Virus record (IMG/VR): IMGVR_UViG_3300020045_013036
Location: 1-59,808 of that record
From: a virus
Taxonomy: Duplodnaviria > Caudoviricetes
Strand: one strand, 5' to 3'
Length of the DNA: 59,808 nucleotides
The translations under genes were made by a program, and so were the position numbers. This document shows positions 55,284 through 59,808 of this stretch, one piece after another. Each line of letters begins with the position of its first letter. Position 1 is the stretch's first letter. Under the pieces are notes generated by a model, which saw only the letters and a list, made by a program, of their open reading frames with translations, ran no database searches and was not told the DNA's origin.

Positions 55284-56565
55284 CACCTTCGAGCTGGCCC
55301 GGTATGGTGCCGACCTGAAACACCGCATCCATGACATGCCGATCGGTGACCCGATGTCGGGCGCTCCTTATGGGGAATACCTCAAAAGTAAGGGCCTCGG
55401 CATGGTTATTGGGATAGTCGCCTCAGTGGTAACGATGGGTGCAGCTGCCCCCCTTCTGGCAAGCGGCGTACTCGCCAGCCAGATTGCCGGTGGTGTGATG
55501 ATGGCTGGTGGTGTGCTCTCAGGTGTGGGTGCTGTCACAGGTAACAAGAAGTTATCCAAGATTGGCGGCATCATGTCGCTGGCCGGCGGTGTCGGGGCGC
55601 TTGGTGCCGGGCTTGCAACTGCAAACGGAGTAGGTGGTGCTTTCGCATCTGGTTCAGGCTCAGAGGCGCTTGCAACCATGTCCAGTAATTTCATGGATTC
55701 AGCGAGCAGCATGAGTGGTGGCTTGGCTTACGGTGACCGTGTTGCCGGGGCCGGTGCGGAAAAGATTGCTGGAGACTTCGCCAAAAACACCGCGGCTGAG
55801 GGTTCGGCTAGTACGATCAATCCGGACAATATCAGCAACGGCCCACCAGCAGCATCAGCCGCACCCACACCTGACCCCACGATCAAGTTGCCCGAAGCAG
55901 CGAACCCCAATGGCACGCTGACGCTCGACTCTACCAACACCGCCGTTAATCAAAGCACCCAACTCGGTGCCGCCGGTCCAACCGGCGTGCCGCTTGAGGG
56001 TACCGCTGTACAACCTGTCACGGCACCCCCCGCTCCGGGTGATGGTCTGAAGTTCAGCGCCAATGACCCGAATGCTGGCGTGATCAACAAAGAACTGACC
56101 AAGGGTGGTGGCGATAGTCTGCTAAAGGATACCAACAAGTTTCTCGGTGACAACAAGGAGTTGCTGAAGACCGGCGCCAACGCTCTGGAAATGGGTGTCA
56201 AATATGGCATGGGTGGTGACGCCAGTGACGCGCAGATGACTGAGGCGCTGAATCGGGCCAAGGTCTATGACGCCCAAGCCACCTTGCTTGGCACCCAGAA
56301 CGCGCAGGCCCAGTTCCAACTGGCCAACCAGAACAAGAAATCCGTAATGCTGAGCGCAAACGACCCCGAGCTTGACAAGAAATTGGCAGCGGCAAAGGCT
56401 GCCGGCGCGGCTATCGGCATTATCCCGACATTCGGTGGTGGCGGTGTGCAGCAAGCCCCGGGTGCCCAGTTTGGCAACAGCGCGCAAATGGCAAACGCCC
56501 AGCAGGTTGTTCGGCCAGCCACTTACGCCCCGCCGACAGCCGGCATCCTCAACAAAGCCGCATAA
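55270..56565 (+). CDS. Internal virion/ejection protein with Gly-rich TM segments
   Basis: Gly/Ala hydrophobic N-terminal helices; position. Confidence 0.6.
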   Translation: MQSTNTFELARYGADLKHRIHDMPIGDPMSGAPYGEYLKSKGLGMVIGIVASVVTMGAAAPLLASGVLASQIAGGVMMAGGVLSGVGAVTGNKKLSKIGGIMSLAGGVGALGAGLATANGVGGAFASGSGSEALATMSSNFMDSASSMSGGLAYGDRVAGAGAEKIAGDFAKNTAAEGSASTINPDNISNGPPAASAAPTPDPTIKLPEAANPNGTLTLDSTNTAVNQSTQLGAAGPTGVPLEGTAVQPVTAPPAPGDGLKFSANDPNAGVINKELTKGGGDSLLKDTNKFLGDNKELLKTGANALEMGVKYGMGGDASDAQMTEALNRAKVYDAQATLLGTQNAQAQFQLANQNKKSVMLSANDPELDKKLAAAKAAGAAIGIIPTFGGGGVQQAPGAQFGNSAQMANAQQVVRPATYAPPTAGILNKAA

Positions 56566-56580
56566 TTCAGGAGCAAGAAG

Positions 56581-57249
56581 ATGGCCCAACCCCAAGCCCC
56601 GGTAGTCGCAGGCGCTCAGCCAGAAACCCCCCAACAAGGTGCGCAGGGACAACTCCCGGCGCCGAACCCTGACATCCTGAGCCCCATTGTTCAGGGGCAC
56701 ATGGATGAACTGGAGCAGATGCGCAATCTTCTTGACGGCAAACTCGGTGACGCTTATGACCGCGTGCTGACCGCCGGCATGAAGATGATGTATTCGGCTG
56801 ACAACTCTCAAATGATGCAGCAGATCATCATGGACGAGGAAATCCCAATCGCCAATAAGCTGGGTGAGGGTATCGCCAATCTGTTGGTCATGATGGACAA
56901 CCAAGGTAACGGAACCATCCCCAAGGAAGTTTTGGTGCCGGTGGGTGTCGCCCTGATGTTTGAGGCGGCTGACTACCTGTTCGAAGTGGGTATTGAATTC
57001 ACTGAGGAAGACCTTGGCGATGGCCTTGAACTCCTGATCCGCGCCGTCCTCATTGGCTACAACATCGACCCGTCCAAGTTGGATGATGTGGTGGATGACA
57101 TGGGTAAAAAGCTGGGGTTCGATGAAACCGAACAGGGTAAGCAGGTTGCCGGTATGAGTGAGCCGCCGGCTGATACATCGCCAACCAACGAGGACGAGGC
57201 TTTCCAGCAGGGCTTTGAAGCCGACACAGCGAAGCGCGAAGGGGTGTAA
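56581..57249 (+). CDS. Acidic hypothetical protein
   Basis: AGGAG SD. Confidence 0.65.
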   Translation: MAQPQAPVVAGAQPETPQQGAQGQLPAPNPDILSPIVQGHMDELEQMRNLLDGKLGDAYDRVLTAGMKMMYSADNSQMMQQIIMDEEIPIANKLGEGIANLLVMMDNQGNGTIPKEVLVPVGVALMFEAADYLFEVGIEFTEEDLGDGLELLIRAVLIGYNIDPSKLDDVVDDMGKKLGFDETEQGKQVAGMSEPPADTSPTNEDEAFQQGFEADTAKREGV

Positions 57250-57251
57250 AA

Positions 57252-58196
57252 ATGGGGTTCTCTCTCAGCCGGGCAATGCAGGGCGCCGCTATGGGTGCGG
57301 CCCACGCTGCGGGTGAAATCTTCGACGGCATGATTGCCGAGGAACGCAAAACCCGTGAAGCCGATGCTGCTATGCGGCGTCAGCTTGATGTCGCCACCCA
57401 ACTCCAAACCCATGCCGATGAACTCACCGGTGCGCGCGAAGTCAGCCGTGACGCATTGAAGGAGGCGCGCGCAACCAAGGAGCAGGAAAAGGTAACCGCC
57501 CGCATGGGGGCCTACTACACGGACGCTCGCGAAAAAGGCTTGGACCCGAACAAGATTGAGGGGCTACGCCACATCGCAAGCTCAGCGCTTGAGAAGGGTG
57601 ACATTGGGGTTTATGACAAGATCACCGATAACATCGACAAGCGGGAAAAGAACCTCTCTGACGCTGAAAATCGGAAGCTGCAAATTTCTGCGCTCCATGA
57701 GTCGCGTGCAGCCCGTAAGCGTGAAGGTATGGACGCTGAAGACAAGGCGGCGATGAACAGTATCCTCCGTATTGCTGATCGCCTGACTGTTCCCGGGCAG
57801 CGTGACCCCGATGATCCGCGCAAGGTTATCGGTGACCCCGATAAGGATGCAGCAAATGCGGCTTTGGCTTGGGCTGAATCCGAAAACGCCAAGGGTCGTA
57901 GTTGGAAGGCTGTGCGTAGTGATTTGACTCAGATCATTGACGGATTCGGGAAACAGCCGGCTGAAATCAAGAAGCTCCCAGCTTCCACCCGATTTAATGC
58001 TGCCCTTGATTTCTGGAATATGCCGGAAGATAAGCGGCGCGCACCCCCTAAAGTTGCAACTCCGACACCCCCACCGGTACCACGGGCACAAACCGCATCA
58101 ACGGTACCGGAGAGGCGCGGCTTTCTTGGTACGGTGCTTGGGGTTGGGGTTGATAAACCCTTCGATCCAAACGCAGAACCAGCGCTCGGGGATTAA
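57252..58196 (+). CDS. Putative internal virion protein
   Basis: Gly/Ala N-terminus followed by charged helices. Confidence 0.6.
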   Translation: MGFSLSRAMQGAAMGAAHAAGEIFDGMIAEERKTREADAAMRRQLDVATQLQTHADELTGAREVSRDALKEARATKEQEKVTARMGAYYTDAREKGLDPNKIEGLRHIASSALEKGDIGVYDKITDNIDKREKNLSDAENRKLQISALHESRAARKREGMDAEDKAAMNSILRIADRLTVPGQRDPDDPRKVIGDPDKDAANAALAWAESENAKGRSWKAVRSDLTQIIDGFGKQPAEIKKLPASTRFNAALDFWNMPEDKRRAPPKVATPTPPPVPRAQTASTVPERRGFLGTVLGVGVDKPFDPNAEPALGD

Positions 58197-58249
58197 CACG
58201 GGTTCGTTTGTGGTGGTATGATTCGGCAACTGAAACGCCGAGGCACGCC

Positions 58250-59808
58250 ATGTCCATTTACGATGATCCAACCTACGCTGAATTCCTGAAGTCCTACGCG
58301 CCGACACCTGAGCCCGCTGAGAAAAAGCCGGCAAAGCGAACCGGTGGCGATGTTGCCAGCGATGCGTTTTTCTCGCTGGCCGGTGGTGGCGCAGGGCTCG
58401 CCAAGGGTGTCATCTCGACGGCGGTTGGTAATCGCAACGAGCTTTACGACTACTTCGACCGGTCCTCCAAGATCGCGGCGGAAAGTATGTCGGATGCGGC
58501 CAAGGCTGAAAAAGCCCAACTCGCCGAGAAACTGCAAAGCGGCGGGCTGACAGATGCGGCGCAGTATGCCCTGACCACACCCGGCCTGATGGCCAACATG
58601 ATTGTCGAATCCTTGCCCGCAATGGGTGCTGGCGGCGGTGTCGGTGGCATTCTGGCCCGCGGTGTGGGTGCAACCAGTCGCTTCGGTACGGCGCTTGCCA
58701 GTGGTGTTGGTGAAGGTACCTTTATGGCTACCGACGTGTATGACAAGACAGCATCTGCCGGCGCCGCATTGCAAGCGCTGGCGCTTGGTACCGTTACTGG
58801 CGGCTTGACCCCAAGTAACGTGTTGGCCAGTGCCACCCGCAAAGGTATGACTGAGGCGGTTGAATCCACCGTACCGAGCCTGTTACCCGGCTTGGCCAAA
58901 GCGGGCGTAACCGGTGCAGTTGGGCGCGGCGCTGTGAGTGTCGGCCAAGAGGCTGCGCAGGAATTCGTGCAAGAAGGTGGGCAAGCCCTGATCGAACAGG
59001 GTGGGCGCGGTGAGCAGTTGGACTTTGAAGCCGCTGCCAAACAGGGTTTTGTCGGCGCCGCCTTGGGTGGTGTTATGGGTGGGGGTATGCACCCTGTTGT
59101 TGGTGAAGGTTCCCAACAGGCTCAGCTGGAAATGGCTGAAAAGGTTTTGGCCAAAGACCCAACCAACCCCGTGGCAAATGCTGAAGTCGCACTGCTCCGT
59201 GCCCAGCGTGATTATGTTGAAGCCACCCCTGAACAGCGTGTGGCGCTCAAGCCCGCAATGGATGTTGCCCAAGCCGCGGTTGTGGCCGCTCGCAATCCGG
59301 AAATCCGTGATGCACAGCAAAACTTGGACACAGCCAAAGCTGAGGTGGTGGTTGATAATGCAGGTATGGAAGGTGCCCGCGCTGCCGCCGATTCAGTTTC
59401 GATCGAAACGCAGCGGGGTATCGCTGAATCCACTACTGCCGATGAAGCAATTCAGACTTTCGCAGATGGCCAGCAACCCCATAGCATTCTGACAGTTGAT
59501 GCGCAGGGTGTGGTAAATACCCGGGCCGGTATGGCTCAGGTTATCCCTGATGTGGTCAATGCCGCATTGGAAGAAGAGGTTGCGCGAGCCAGCACCCCGC
59601 TTGCCAGTGGTACCGTAAATCAGGAAGCCTTCCCGGTTGAAGAGGTTGCCGCCCCTAAAGTCAGTGATCAGATTGGCCTGACCCGCGACACCCCGCTTGA
59701 GGTTGCTCAAGCCCAACAGGTTGAAGCTGCCGCCACCCCGCTACCGGTGATTGACACCGCCGCATTGGGCGCTGAGGTTGAGGCGGTAACCGCCCCCCGC
59801 GTTGCTGC
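58250..59808 (+). CDS. Giant polyvalent/internal virion protein, 5' part (continues through the junction to 6977)
   Basis: GAGG SD, ATG 58250 (MSIYDDPTYAEF...), open to the contig end and in frame with 60..6977; missed by the ORF track. Confidence 0.85.
   Translation, partial: MSIYDDPTYAEFLKSYAPTPEPAEKKPAKRTGGDVASDAFFSLAGGGAGLAKGVISTAVGNRNELYDYFDRSSKIAAESMSDAAKAEKAQLAEKLQSGGLTDAAQYALTTPGLMANMIVESLPAMGAGGGVGGILARGVGATSRFGTALASGVGEGTFMATDVYDKTASAGAALQALALGTVTGGLTPSNVLASATRKGMTEAVESTVPSLLPGLAKAGVTGAVGRGAVSVGQEAAQEFVQEGGQALIEQGGRGEQLDFEAAAKQGFVGAALGGVMGGGMHPVVGEGSQQAQLEMAEKVLAKDPTNPVANAEVALLRAQRDYVEATPEQRVALKPAMDVAQAAVVAARNPEIRDAQQNLDTAKAEVVVDNAGMEGARAAADSVSIETQRGIAESTTADEAIQTFADGQQPHSILTVDAQGVVNTRAGMAQVIPDVVNAALEEEVARASTPLASGTVNQEAFPVEEVAAPKVSDQIGLTRDTPLEVAQAQQVEAAATPLPVIDTAALGAEVEAVTAPRVA
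59688..59808. repeat. Terminal direct repeat (circular-assembly overlap), copy 2
   Basis: Identical to 1-121. Confidence 0.95.

Noticed and set aside
1-59808. Alternative genetic code, tRNA or rRNA genes
   Set aside because: Long genes are intact under code 11 with all three stops used; no cloverleaf or rRNA recognised by eye.

Overview
This window is an apparently complete, circularly assembled ~59.7 kb dsDNA tailed phage genome with podovirus-like morphogenesis genes and a probable proteobacterial host. Bases 1-121 are repeated exactly at 59688-59808. The minus-strand arm (7057-31423) carries small early genes, primase-helicase, SF2 helicase, SSB, Cas4-like exonuclease, nucleotide-metabolism genes, a histone-deacetylase-family enzyme and a family B DNA polymerase. 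The plus-strand arm (32539 through the junction to 6977) carries terminase, portal, Acb2, lysis genes, an O-acetylesterase cassette, N4-gp56-type capsid, tail and ejection proteins, and a ~2804-aa polyvalent protein that spans the contig ends. A ~1 kb repeat-rich divergent control region (31480-32500) separates the arms. No integrase, reverse transcriptase, tRNA or CRISPR array was recognised. Main highlights: (1) TerL fractured by a naturally split intein with a GIY-YIG endonuclease overlapping both halves in a third frame; (2) a canonical type III hammerhead ribozyme abutting an early-gene SD; (3) a stand-alone copy of the primase C-terminal domain beside an iteron-flanked putative origin; (4) a genome-wide operator motif on at least 9 sigma70-like promoters; (5) a phage HDAC with intact catalytic motifs; (6) anti-defence candidates (Acb2, SAM lyase-like). 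All calls are by-eye motif recognition; no database searches were run.
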